Shown here in pieces: positions 30,001 to 38,950 of a stretch of DNA of 64,000 nucleotides. The notes under the pieces are model-generated. The model saw only the letters and a program-made list of their open reading frames with translations. It made no database searches and was not told the origin of the DNA. The first letter of the stretch is position 1; every line of letters starts with the position of its first letter. The position numbers and the translations under genes were made by a program. The stretch lies in sequence record KX397373.1; one strand, written 5' to 3'.

Positions 30001-31193
30001 ACGGTGCCAGTGACCGGGTCGACTTTCGACCCTTTGCCCGTAAAGTTAATCCCGTTACGTCCTTCGATGTACACCTTGGTGTCGTCCGGGTCGGACGTTC
30101 CGCCACCGTCGTTCGGGTCTTGTTGGTACTCCATCAGTGCCGTGGTGGTCAGCAGTGTCACCCCGTTAAGGGTGAGTTTGTCCATGCCCAACGCTGAACC
30201 CGTAGATTCGATGCGTAAAGTGTTGGTGCCTGCTTTCCATTCCATAAACCGTACAGTGCTGTCGCCCGAAACATACCCGGCGGCCAGAATAATCGAGCCG
30301 TTCGATTTCAGAGTAAAAGCATCGGTGGAGAACACAATCTCAGACTCACCCCCAGGCGAACGGAACAATGCCCGCGTCCCTGAGATGGTGGCATTGAAGA
30401 CACCCTTGGCATCTTTCGATACCCACTTCGAGATGTACTTATCAATGTCAGCCTGTTGCAACCCCAACGCGCGAATCTCACTGGTGAGCTGACGGAGTTT
30501 CTTTCCGTAAGCCAGGAAGGTGTCCGGCGTTTTCAACGACACTGGGTGTGCGCCATTCTGCGCCACCGTGGTGCTGTGTGGGTTTTTCGCAGCAGTGTGT
30601 GCCGGGAAGTTAAACGTCACAATCTCGTTGGCCAGTCCCTGCACTTCGGCTTTCAATGCGGTAAGCTTATCGCGAATCAAATCGTTCGCCGCGCCCGCGT
30701 CGACTTCTACATCATGAACCGCAGAAGCCAGGTACTTCTTATTCAGCATATCCGCCCAGGAGGTGGCGGCTGGGGTGGCCGGATACAATGAAGGTCGGTT
30801 AGCCAGTAGCAGGAAGTCCGCACTGGTCGGGTTGTTGATGTACTTAATCAATTCATCGAGAATCTCAACGAATGCATCGTAGAACGTACCCCCGAGCATT
30901 TGCCCTTCAAAGGACACCAAACCTTTGATTGTAGGGTTAATCAGGTGCACCCCACAAAACACTGGGGTCGTTACCGAGTCGTCCAGCGCTGTTAGCGCAT
31001 ACTCCAGTTCGTAATCCACCCCGCGGGTCAGCGGGTTAGACGAACCAGGTTGGCGAACCACCAACCCGTCGAAGAACGGGGAGTGGTCTAAGACCACCAC
31101 CCGGTCGTTGGAGTTATCGGACTCGATGATACGTTCCTCAGTGAAGTGATTCTCGGTATTAGTGCCCCGAGGATCGTAAGGATACGTTTTCAT
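27024..31193 (-). CDS. Large tail fibre protein (1389 aa)
   Basis: YPYDPRG N-terminus; ATTTVKGVVKL; DLGLGNANN..DADKPLS; HHHDWSEL. Confidence 0.8.
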   Translation of the reverse strand: MKTYPYDPRGTNTENHFTEERIIESDNSNDRVVVLDHSPFFDGLVVRQPGSSNPLTRGVDYELEYALTALDDSVTTPVFCGVHLINPTIKGLVSFEGQMLGGTFYDAFVEILDELIKYINNPTSADFLLLANRPSLYPATPAATSWADMLNKKYLASAVHDVEVDAGAANDLIRDKLTALKAEVQGLANEIVTFNFPAHTAAKNPHSTTVAQNGAHPVSLKTPDTFLAYGKKLRQLTSEIRALGLQQADIDKYISKWVSKDAKGVFNATISGTRALFRSPGGESEIVFSTDAFTLKSNGSIILAAGYVSGDSTVRFMEWKAGTNTLRIESTGSALGMDKLTLNGVTLLTTTALMEYQQDPNDGGGTSDPDDTKVYIEGRNGINFTGKGSKVDPVTGTVTPQNATTTVKGVVKLKKGPGTETSGVAATPDSLTGYEADMGGYVLKSTLLNNKAMDDGSRTLTKTDLGLGNANNIPDADKPLSDDLSEALTDLSPTGHHHDWSELNIYEASQQLQGIGRYSKNQAGLAAGRGVTPSVLKALSDRLAVVAAALANAKSGTVTDFTAVNASTWTLNTYRMSVTDLKYFYLQDGTRKEGVVSGSIDLQTTPMFNWFSPDNQMEDTWGTGVINTGAGLTFTGMTEQPPIAIQGKQIGKSATGMGNLSVVSVLAKMRLKSATGAFKMYIAGGGKITVYLNGEQVATGNSPLYVVAEPPLGVEEHCIAIKAECNDPAKAAALQFDIYDDIYPLYTSGTETRLEHLQEFVTKPGGLRHYLYVNMLTTSLYSRAEPILSQDLDIERGLIGYVDLPNSPGAASTLTFNTTFDFGPSDEISDHIAIRKAHGSKASDWAFSDNPRFKMLGKVQPEPYNHAITKNNSNNTFSNMYFGTRGMIDWYHTGNGSSDILAWFETLGNHPMCWFTPFNPKENNAPTFEGTLTIDVANTAAAVAHAEEPYLVLIAAKNAMPGSSKVLRISLKDFKCHYGYLSRTTQEANDVRNSGNIPVIGLTEVTRGITVTKLSDTTIATGDCLDYVDLGTNAPFTGTYSPRWAVRYRYNVTTGILRMSVLCGQPGFTGVREQQVEIKLPFDLLSYFLGDGVGVLFNGLAPSERLRVGHALMNPNVPAIDLDKYQFLRPLFEAYVDTNIERRTDNTRDSEYVLKVVDPTTYGEPVNWELTEWVSVPCGQGNAEISHRGQLGLPFHASRAERGSLLYPAGKLPVNWTVAKATAAGKTPMRFREPVMLCWRPDKATAKAIAKITGNITGPVMAGGIILGSRIVDGGSGRSWAAQSGSPSAAVDATVICAGQAVYLWFKPADTVNGESLNLSFSLNVLDSSGATITTLTPDSAWELRSASPQYVAEKRNPFHLTSTAWLWVLSELKREQTAAGNALGEWSS

Positions 31194-31205
31194 TCAGAGT
31201 TCTCC

Positions 31206-34200
31206 TTAATCGCGGAAAATCGCCGCACGAGCTAAATTGTTTTGACAGTACGCAATCACACGTTCTTCATTAACCTGCGTCGGGATAGGCAACACGTTCA
31301 CGTTCTGAACCAATGTCCGTTCCGCATCTGCGATGGTCATGGCCAGCGTTTCGAGCGTGCTGTCGCCCCCAACATAATTGAACTCCAGGAAACGGGCGCG
31401 GTTTAACACCGAGAAGTTTGCCAGGTAGTCCAGGAAGGTTGCGTTAAAGAACCGGGTGTAGGTCGTGTCAGCCGGGTGCGTCACGGTGGCGCGTGTAGAC
31501 GCGTTGAACAACCCACCCAGTCCTTGGTAAACCGGGGTCGTCGGTTCTTTCCACAGCGCGCTGATGTCAAGGTAATCCGGACGGATACGGTTTGACAAAT
31601 CGATGGTTTGGGTAGTTCCCGCTGCACGAGCGGTACACTTCACCGTCTTCACCGCTTCACCCAGGGTTAACACAATGTCGTACACCAGACTTGCCATCGT
31701 CAGCACGCAAGTGATGGTCAGGGTACCGTCAGTGGCCCGTGAGTTGCTAAAGGTTAATGACGGTGACAGCTCCGTCCAGGCAGGTGCAGGGGACGCAACA
31801 CGCATGGGGGTAAAGCCGATGACCACGTTACGCCCTGCACCAAAGTTGATACCGAGACCGGCATAACAGAACAGACCGTTACTGTCGGCAATACGGGTAC
31901 CTCGGCTCATCAGGATGGAGACACGATTAAAGAAGTTGTCTTTATCGTGCCAGCCTGCAACGATGGATTCGAGCAGCGTGTTATAGCTCTGGTCGGCGAG
32001 TGCCCAGCTGTGGGTGATCCCTGCGTTGCGATACAGCGGGAACGTGTGGTGGATAAAGCGATAATCGTTCATCGTCACACCCGCAGGGTCAAACTCCCAA
32101 CGGCTCGTCTGGCTATCGTACAACATCCCCGACATCGGCCAATACTGGTCAACCAACCCCATACGCCAATCGGCTTCACCACGCGAGGCATTCGGTACAC
32201 CCGAAGACCAACACGGGCCACCTTTCCCGTAACCTAACGTATACCCGAAGTCTGCCATTGACATCGTCCGACGGATGTGGGCGTTGTCATTAGCCTTATG
32301 CTCCTCCAGTTCACGGTAATCACCGAGACGAGTCACGTTGTGAATCTCAGCAATCTCGATACCGTCCTCAGACGTATCAATCGTACCGACCTTCGTCATC
32401 GTGTCCGTTTCAGCCGTGTCTGGGTTGGCCAGGATATAGTATTTCGCGGCCCCGTCAGCAATATCGACAAAGATACCAAAGGTGGTGTCTTCGTACGCGT
32501 CCGGGAAAGCCTCGGTTAAGTTCACGGTGGTAAGGGGAGCTTTGTACAGCTGACCCACGAAGTAGTTCTCTTCCGCCAGGGTGACCATCCAACCGGTGAC
32601 CGTAGCCCCGTTTTGAATGATGTTACTGCCCGGCACCCCAAAGCGCAGGATATTGACAGAAGCGGCAGAGTCTACCCCTTTGGCCGTGGCTTCCAGCGTC
32701 CCAATACGGGTAGTCTGGTCAATCACCACCGAACCATCCAGTGCCAGTGTCGCATTGTCGACGGCTAAACCGTACTGAATCAACCCGAACTGGGTAGCCG
32801 TGGCGGCCTTCACACCGAAGACAGCCGCAGCGTGGGTGTGACCGACTACCGCATATTTCGCCATCTCCGCACTCTGAAGCGTCGAAACCGGCAAGTCCAC
32901 ATCCGCGGTGTTCACCACCTTATCCAGGTTAAAGGTTAACTTGTCGATAAACACAGAGCTGGTTAACGGCAGGTCATTGATGTACGCCTTCACTTTCTCG
33001 AGCTTACCGGTGAACATCGCATCGAGTTTAGCAATCAACGCCGGGGTGGCTGCCAGGTCTTCCGCAGTACCGAAGTCGTTGGCCAGTGAACGCATGGCCA
33101 GGATGTTGACATCGGCAGAGGTCGGTGGCACGAAAGTACAGATAAAGGGTACAGACTGTATCCCGTTCCCGTTGATGGTCACCGTTGCGGTATTCGTCCC
33201 GTAGAACAACCCATCATTACCACCGCCTGTTACACCCGGCAAATACGGCCCTACCGTGGTTGGGTCGAGTAACTTCTTCCCGTTCCAGAGTAAGCCGCGG
33301 CTATCCGGGTAGAGAATCAGTTGGTTCGCCCCCGACTGGAAAGTGATCGGGTTGTTGCCCGCATTCACGGTCTGCGAATCACGACCCAGGAAACGAATGA
33401 CTTTCGGGTCAACCGTAAACTGTGCCCCAACACCACCCGTTTCTGTTGCTCCGGTAACAGACGTCACGGAGGTCAGACCCGGTTTGGTACCGAACGTACC
33501 GTTGATAGCCTGCGGGTTAGCCGAATTACGCAACAGTTTGTTGGCGAGGTTACTGAGTTTCGGCAACAGGTTATTGATGTAGTCGGCTAATTGGGCCTGG
33601 GTACGTCCGTAGACGAGCGTGGCATCCGAGGCAATACCATTTAACTCCAATGCACGAATTGCGCCCCAGGAGTCGTTGTGTGGGTTATCCTTGCGGGGAA
33701 CGTGGGCGTGGGCTGGTGCGTCGTCGTAGAGCTTACGCACAATCGCGTGATACTCTTTTAACAACGTCAGTACATCGCTACCGTCGGGCACGGTCATGCC
33801 AGGGAAAACAGCGTGACGCCAACTGTCACCTTTCACCACCGTAAACACCGTACGGACATCCGTACCCCGATGCAGAATAGCCAGCGTGTTGTTGGCTGCC
33901 ATCGGGGCCACTAACGCCGCCGGTGGGTTACGAAGGTCGAGGAGGAAGTCCATCTTCTTCGCGCCGTTCGCATCCGAAACAATACAGTGCACCGTGTCGA
34001 GGTCGTAGTTACGATCCCACTGCACCCGGAACTTCCCAGCCATAAACGATTTCGGGGCGGCGAAGCTGGCTACCGGGTATGCCGTGTTAGCGATGGTCAC
34101 ATTCAGTGACATCACAAGCGTCGTGCTGTCCCAGGCCAAGCCGATGTTCTGATATGGGCTTGCCCATGACGCCAGAATCAACTGACCCCAGGTCTTCGCG

Positions 34201-34916
34201 TTGGCGTTGGTGGCATAACCCGGCATGGTGTACGTGGTATCGTACTGGAAGTTCTTCAGCAAATAATCGTTAGACGAATGGTACACCTGGATGCTGCCAG
34301 CACTCTTGGCTTTATATCCCCCCTGCTGATCGTAATCAACCAACGACCGGCCGTTACTCATGAAGATGTCAGGGAACACCGGAGCATAGATGTTATTCAG
34401 ATACGGGTCTGGAATCGGTGGTGGGGTACCAATCTTTTTACCGATGGCCGCAATCGCTTCCATTAATTCCAGCTCACCCCGCCAGTTCTCACGGTCGAAC
34501 TGAATATCCACCGGTGGGAAGTAAACGTCACCAATAACCTCTTCCCACTGGCACAGACTTGGGAACTTGCCCGCATTCGCGGTACGCTCCGCGGTAATCT
34601 GTGCCTGGGTGGCAATGCCGTTACCAACCGCGTGGTAATCGACTGTGAAGTCTTTGTAATACTTAGGGTTTGTTACCCAAATCATCCCGTGTGACACGTA
34701 GCCTGTGCGCAACATAGCCATCATGTACGGGTGAGTGATAACGTAGTCATCGCCTAAGGTTAAAACTTTGCCGCCGCTCTTGACCACCAGGGATGTGGTG
34801 TAAAAAGGGGCGTACGCGGGAACGAGCATCTTGTACGTCGTACCAATCAGCGTCACCGCTTCACCGGTCTGCATGTTCCCCGGTTCTTTGAAGTGTGGGT
34901 CTAAGACGACAGCCAT
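31206..34916 (-). CDS. Large tail fibre protein (1236 aa)
   Basis: APFY, LG.DY, WEEVIG N-terminal domain; ATATQFGLIQ; LDKVVNTAD.D.PVS; HTH. Confidence 0.8.
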   Translation of the reverse strand: MAVVLDPHFKEPGNMQTGEAVTLIGTTYKMLVPAYAPFYTTSLVVKSGGKVLTLGDDYVITHPYMMAMLRTGYVSHGMIWVTNPKYYKDFTVDYHAVGNGIATQAQITAERTANAGKFPSLCQWEEVIGDVYFPPVDIQFDRENWRGELELMEAIAAIGKKIGTPPPIPDPYLNNIYAPVFPDIFMSNGRSLVDYDQQGGYKAKSAGSIQVYHSSNDYLLKNFQYDTTYTMPGYATNANAKTWGQLILASWASPYQNIGLAWDSTTLVMSLNVTIANTAYPVASFAAPKSFMAGKFRVQWDRNYDLDTVHCIVSDANGAKKMDFLLDLRNPPAALVAPMAANNTLAILHRGTDVRTVFTVVKGDSWRHAVFPGMTVPDGSDVLTLLKEYHAIVRKLYDDAPAHAHVPRKDNPHNDSWGAIRALELNGIASDATLVYGRTQAQLADYINNLLPKLSNLANKLLRNSANPQAINGTFGTKPGLTSVTSVTGATETGGVGAQFTVDPKVIRFLGRDSQTVNAGNNPITFQSGANQLILYPDSRGLLWNGKKLLDPTTVGPYLPGVTGGGNDGLFYGTNTATVTINGNGIQSVPFICTFVPPTSADVNILAMRSLANDFGTAEDLAATPALIAKLDAMFTGKLEKVKAYINDLPLTSSVFIDKLTFNLDKVVNTADVDLPVSTLQSAEMAKYAVVGHTHAAAVFGVKAATATQFGLIQYGLAVDNATLALDGSVVIDQTTRIGTLEATAKGVDSAASVNILRFGVPGSNIIQNGATVTGWMVTLAEENYFVGQLYKAPLTTVNLTEAFPDAYEDTTFGIFVDIADGAAKYYILANPDTAETDTMTKVGTIDTSEDGIEIAEIHNVTRLGDYRELEEHKANDNAHIRRTMSMADFGYTLGYGKGGPCWSSGVPNASRGEADWRMGLVDQYWPMSGMLYDSQTSRWEFDPAGVTMNDYRFIHHTFPLYRNAGITHSWALADQSYNTLLESIVAGWHDKDNFFNRVSILMSRGTRIADSNGLFCYAGLGINFGAGRNVVIGFTPMRVASPAPAWTELSPSLTFSNSRATDGTLTITCVLTMASLVYDIVLTLGEAVKTVKCTARAAGTTQTIDLSNRIRPDYLDISALWKEPTTPVYQGLGGLFNASTRATVTHPADTTYTRFFNATFLDYLANFSVLNRARFLEFNYVGGDSTLETLAMTIADAERTLVQNVNVLPIPTQVNEERVIAYCQNNLARAAIFRD

Positions 34917-34982
34917 GTTCTACTCCTATAATCGAGGGCGTCGAGTTCATACTATGACCTGAACCCTTGGAGGAATAAGCCT

Positions 34983-36245
34983 GTGACTACTGCTTATCAA
35001 GTGCGGGCCGACAGCGCTTTTGGCTTCTCTCGAGACACCCGTACCTGGGTAGCCATTGACGTCACGCAGCCCTTAAATACCTTGTGCACGAACTACCAGT
35101 TTTTCGAAGTTGGGGTATCCGCACTCGAGAAAGATTACACCTTCTTTAGCCAGTACCATCTGGCTGACCTGCAAAACCGTACCGACACCTTGCAGGACTG
35201 GTTGAACAGCAAAGCTGGTACTGTTATCACCACCCTGAAAGCAGGCTTACCGGTGCTGGAGTTTGTCGAAGCTCATTACCAGTCGATTAATGCGGACATC
35301 GGTGTAGAAACCCACCTGTGCCCACCGGGTTATCACTATACCCAGGACTTCGCCTTGGAAGATGCGCATGATGTGGTGATTGTGGCTGACGACCAGTGGA
35401 AAGACAAATACCGTAATGCGGTGTTGTACAACATCAACGGTCAATGGGTACCACACCAGAACGATGCCGTGGGTGTGCGTTTAAACGGCGCAGGTAACAT
35501 CGTAAGGCGTGCAGGCACACCGGACATAGGTTGCCTTGTCATGGACGGGATTGGGGCAGTGAAGACCTATCCTATCGCCAATCTGACGATGAACAAGCTC
35601 GACACCACCCGCGACTACTACTCCACGCTGATGTTATCCTTGCCGGACTCGATTACCGGTAAGACCGTGGGCTTTGTCCTGGGCGGGATATTACACTGGT
35701 TGCCTCCGCAGGGTTATTTCAGTGACAAAGCGATTATGCTGTCACTGCCAAACTTCGATGTGGCGCAAACTGTACTGGAAACCCGGAAGTATTACGACTG
35801 GGATGCTATTGGTGTTGGTGACTTAGCCTCGCCCACGAACGTGCAGCGTATCCGTAACCCAGAAACCTTGAAAGCGTTACTGACCCACGAATCGTCGTTT
35901 GTGTTTACCATCGATAACCCGTATCTCGAACGGGAAAAGGTTGGGGTAAGCCATAACGCGGTCTGGGGACGCTTCTACCTGAAAGACTCCACCGACCCCG
36001 ATGGGAAGAAGCCATTAGGTTTCTTGCAAAACCGCTTTGGTAAAACGGTGGCCTATTGGCCGACGTGGGAAGAAGGGGAGTGGGTGTTCAATACCACCGA
36101 GTATGACCGCGCTAATTACGTGTTCGTCAATGCACGCTGGCAGAACCAGAACAAAATCAACGACGCACAAGCTATCGTCGGGCCACAAGGTGCCTGGGTA
36201 AAAGTGTACGTTGAGATGCACCGCTTCAAAGCACGAAAAAAATAA
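34983..36245 (+). CDS. Probable virion structural protein
   Basis: 420 aa, GGAGG RBS with GTG start, divergent from the fibre genes, followed by a terminator. Confidence 0.6.
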   Translation: MTTAYQVRADSAFGFSRDTRTWVAIDVTQPLNTLCTNYQFFEVGVSALEKDYTFFSQYHLADLQNRTDTLQDWLNSKAGTVITTLKAGLPVLEFVEAHYQSINADIGVETHLCPPGYHYTQDFALEDAHDVVIVADDQWKDKYRNAVLYNINGQWVPHQNDAVGVRLNGAGNIVRRAGTPDIGCLVMDGIGAVKTYPIANLTMNKLDTTRDYYSTLMLSLPDSITGKTVGFVLGGILHWLPPQGYFSDKAIMLSLPNFDVAQTVLETRKYYDWDAIGVGDLASPTNVQRIRNPETLKALLTHESSFVFTIDNPYLEREKVGVSHNAVWGRFYLKDSTDPDGKKPLGFLQNRFGKTVAYWPTWEEGEWVFNTTEYDRANYVFVNARWQNQNKINDAQAIVGPQGAWVKVYVEMHRFKARKK

Positions 36246-36250
36246 GGATA

Positions 36251-36293
36251 CTCCTACTCCCGTTTCGGGGAGTAGGAGACCTGCTTTTTTTTT
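36251..36293 (+). terminator. Intrinsic terminator
   Basis: CTCCTACTCCC / GGGAGTAGGAG stem followed by a T9 run. Confidence 0.8.
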
Positions 36294-36296
36294 CGC

Positions 36297-36512
36297 TTAC
36301 TCTGCTTTGTAAACGATGGCGCTGCCGTGCTGCTGGTTGTTACCAGAAATACCGATCACTTTGAACGCGTCGCCGCCAGCTTTTTCAGCTTCGGCTGCCA
36401 GCTTAGCGGTTACGTCGTCAACAGTGCTACCGGTTGCAGTCACATTACCGATTTTCTTGTAGTTCGCAGGAACGTCTTCGTTGCTTGCAATTTCTTTGAT
36501 GCTCATTTCCAT
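36297..36512 (-). CDS. DUF1471 (BhsA/McbA/YdgH-like) protein
   Basis: KIGNVTATG.T.DD...KLA..AEKAGGDAFKVIG.SG.N..HGSAIVYK matches the DUF1471 pattern. Confidence 0.8.
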   Translation of the reverse strand: MEMSIKEIASNEDVPANYKKIGNVTATGSTVDDVTAKLAAEAEKAGGDAFKVIGISGNNQQHGSAIVYKAE

Positions 36513-36589
36513 ATCTCCATAGCAGTGGAAGTAGAAAGACCCTATGTCTTAATACCGTACATCTGTGCATACTAACGGGCACAAACTGT

Positions 36590-36629
36590 AAAAAAGAATA
36601 CCCTCCTACCCGAAGGTAAGAGGGTTCTT
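36590..36629 (-). terminator. Intrinsic terminator (UUCG loop on the minus strand)
   Basis: Plus strand AAAAAAGAATACCCTCCTACC-CGAA-GGTAAGAGGGT, downstream of the spike gene. Confidence 0.65.
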
Positions 36630-36739
36630 CGCAACATCTTTTTTTGCTGAAAAAAGTGGCAACGCTTAACAAACGAGGGTTTGACCTCGAGAGTGAGGCA
36701 TTAGGGGGTATGTTGCTATACTCATGGCCACTGCCGTAA

Positions 36740-37666
36740 TTAATGCGGCGCGGAGACGTCTTTACCGTCACCTTGTTCGGTGTGCGTGTGCACGGTGAAT
36801 GTGATACCGTTGATGATGGCATCGCTGACCGTGAACTTGCCAATACCGGTACCCTCGCCTTCGTACCTGAAGTCTTTGAGCACTTTAAGGTTGCCGGTGA
36901 ACACACCTTCCGCCCCGTCCATTTTCCACTTCGGCGTTTTAAAGGTGACGGATTCCGCGGCATCAGTAATACGGACTTTGCATTTCTCATTAATCGTCTG
37001 CGTTTCCAGATTGATGGAACGCTTCGAGAACAAGAAAATGTCTTCTTTATTGATATTGATTTTAGACAGCATCGGGTTCTCAAACCCAAGGTCATCTTCC
37101 ACCGAGTTCATGTAGAACTTGTTACCCTTCTGGTCAACACACTGCCATGTTCCATTGGCATTGTCGAACTGGAACAAGAACGCAGCTTTCTCGCCGTTAA
37201 GCATGGTGGTGCGCAAGGTAATGTGTTTGTCGATACTCGAGACGTTTAACACGTACGCATTCGACAGGTCATCCGCCATCTGGTTCTCAGGGTCAGCCGA
37301 CCACGCATACACCGCATCTTCCAGACGCTTCACGTTGGCAAAGTTCAAATCAATCCAGAAGTAAATGTCGGTCTTCCCTAAACGGAGAATCAACACGTAA
37401 TCTTCTTTCTTTACATCGGGGGGATTCACCCGGTTCGAGTTGAACTTCCACCACTTCGCGGTAATCGCGTTACCGGTCGTGACTTCTAAGTTGTCCATCG
37501 CGTTTTCGGATGCGTGCTGCTTTTCGTTCGGGGACTCAATCGATTGTACTTGAGTCGGGTTTACAAAATTGGTTTCGATAGGAATTATCTTGCATCGTTC
37601 GTTACCGCGGGGTTTATCTTCTGCCACGATACCGATCGAGAAGAAATCCACACTGGACTTTTCCAT
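36740..37666 (-). CDS. Baseplate central spike (gpV/gp138-like)
   Basis: N-terminal OB-like region with PP.V, beta-rich middle, C-terminal NGITFTVHTH.E.GDG with the HxH metal-binding tip motif. Confidence 0.8.
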   Translation of the reverse strand: MEKSSVDFFSIGIVAEDKPRGNERCKIIPIETNFVNPTQVQSIESPNEKQHASENAMDNLEVTTGNAITAKWWKFNSNRVNPPDVKKEDYVLILRLGKTDIYFWIDLNFANVKRLEDAVYAWSADPENQMADDLSNAYVLNVSSIDKHITLRTTMLNGEKAAFLFQFDNANGTWQCVDQKGNKFYMNSVEDDLGFENPMLSKININKEDIFLFSKRSINLETQTINEKCKVRITDAAESVTFKTPKWKMDGAEGVFTGNLKVLKDFRYEGEGTGIGKFTVSDAIINGITFTVHTHTEQGDGKDVSAPH

Positions 37667-37843
37667 ACAGCACTCCTCTTCGTCATACTATCTTCTTTTT
37701 TACGTTTTGGTTTATTCATCTGCTAGGGAGGTGTGCCTGGGGGACCGGGGGCGATCTATTAGCGGAGGTGACAACGGTCACCGACATCCTTATTCCAAGG
37801 AACGCAGTGACATCCTTATTCGTCTTTTAACAGGAAGAGAACC

Positions 37844-38161
37844 ATGTCGTTATTTGCAGTTGTAACCGAACACTTAAAACGTCAGGAAAACGAAGACGCC
37901 CTTACTGCCATTAAAAATGCGGCCGGGGGAAAACTCAACGGGGTATTGGATAACCGCCGCCGGATACGGGCGTACATGGTCGGGGAAGACGACACCTTCT
38001 ATTCTGACCTCAGTAACCGGGTGGTCAGTTGTGCGGTACTGGTGATTCCAGACGGTACGTTTGACCAGTTCGAAAACGGTAAGCATTACGGGGAGCTGAT
38101 GAACGATTACTCCACGTTGAACCTGCGTATCGATGACGCGATTATCATCGTGGCCTGCTGA
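37844..38161 (+). CDS. Hypothetical protein
   Basis: 105 aa ORF with AGGA RBS. Confidence 0.65.
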   Translation: MSLFAVVTEHLKRQENEDALTAIKNAAGGKLNGVLDNRRRIRAYMVGEDDTFYSDLSNRVVSCAVLVIPDGTFDQFENGKHYGELMNDYSTLNLRIDDAIIIVAC

Positions 38162-38174
38162 TTACAATAATTCA

Positions 38175-38197
38175 CAGATATATATCATCCTAGTGAG
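38175..38197 (+). promoter_or_regulatory. Candidate early promoter (CAGATATATATCAT..TAGTGAG)
   Basis: Near-copy of the motif at 41289; intergenic, upstream of a plus-strand gene run. Confidence 0.45.
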
Positions 38198-38278
38198 TGA
38201 TGTTCCTTATCGCTTAAACACCGACTGTGCTTTAGTCACAGCTTTTCGGTCACTTAGTGTATTTTACAGGAAAGAAAA

Positions 38279-38950
38279 ATGAAACGTGAACAAATGATTG
38301 AAATGTCCGCAAAGGGTTTGATGATTCTGTTACAGGATACGTTAGCCGCAGAGAGGCGTACCCCGGAATTGATGCAGCCTTTGCTGGAAGATGCGGTTGA
38401 CGCGTTCCTGCAACCGAGCATGGATATCCGAGTACGGACGAACTGGGTACCTACCGAGCTTTCCCCGGTGATGGTGGGACAGGATGGCTGGATTGCACCG
38501 ACAGACGAAATGCTCCGTATTCCGCCAGTCTCAATAATCATGATTCGTCTGCAAGAACTGGCGAACGTTAACGTGGTGCGCGTCGGGATTAATGCGTGGA
38601 CAATGCCCGAGAGCATTGGCCATGGCCCGCAAGCCGCGTTCGTTATCTGGGTACAAGCCGGTGATGGCCCGGTGCACTCATTACACATTCGTACCGAGAC
38701 CTTCCCGCGGGGTCTCCCAAACCATACCAAGCAATACATCCCTGACGTTGACAGCCGTTCCATCAACGAACCCTGCTACCTGATGTCCGCGAAAGACGTG
38801 CGCAACATCTTCGGTGGTCACTACCCGGAATACTGGGAGTTCGAAAAGCTCAAGAAGCTGGCCGAAGGGTTAGGTTGGTACGAAGTGGAACAGCACGGTA
38901 ACCAAATCCTGTTCCGCGCCAAACTCGCTATCCGTCGGGAGGAAGCGTAA
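38279..38950 (+). CDS. Hypothetical protein
   Basis: 223 aa, AGGA RBS. Confidence 0.7.
   Translation: MKREQMIEMSAKGLMILLQDTLAAERRTPELMQPLLEDAVDAFLQPSMDIRVRTNWVPTELSPVMVGQDGWIAPTDEMLRIPPVSIIMIRLQELANVNVVRVGINAWTMPESIGHGPQAAFVIWVQAGDGPVHSLHIRTETFPRGLPNHTKQYIPDVDSRSINEPCYLMSAKDVRNIFGGHYPEYWEFEKLKKLAEGLGWYEVEQHGNQILFRAKLAIRREEA

Noticed and set aside
27109-30791. Long plus-strand ORFs opposite the fibre gene (27109-27792, 29680-30492 and others)
   Set aside because: Antisense shadows with no RBS or motif support.
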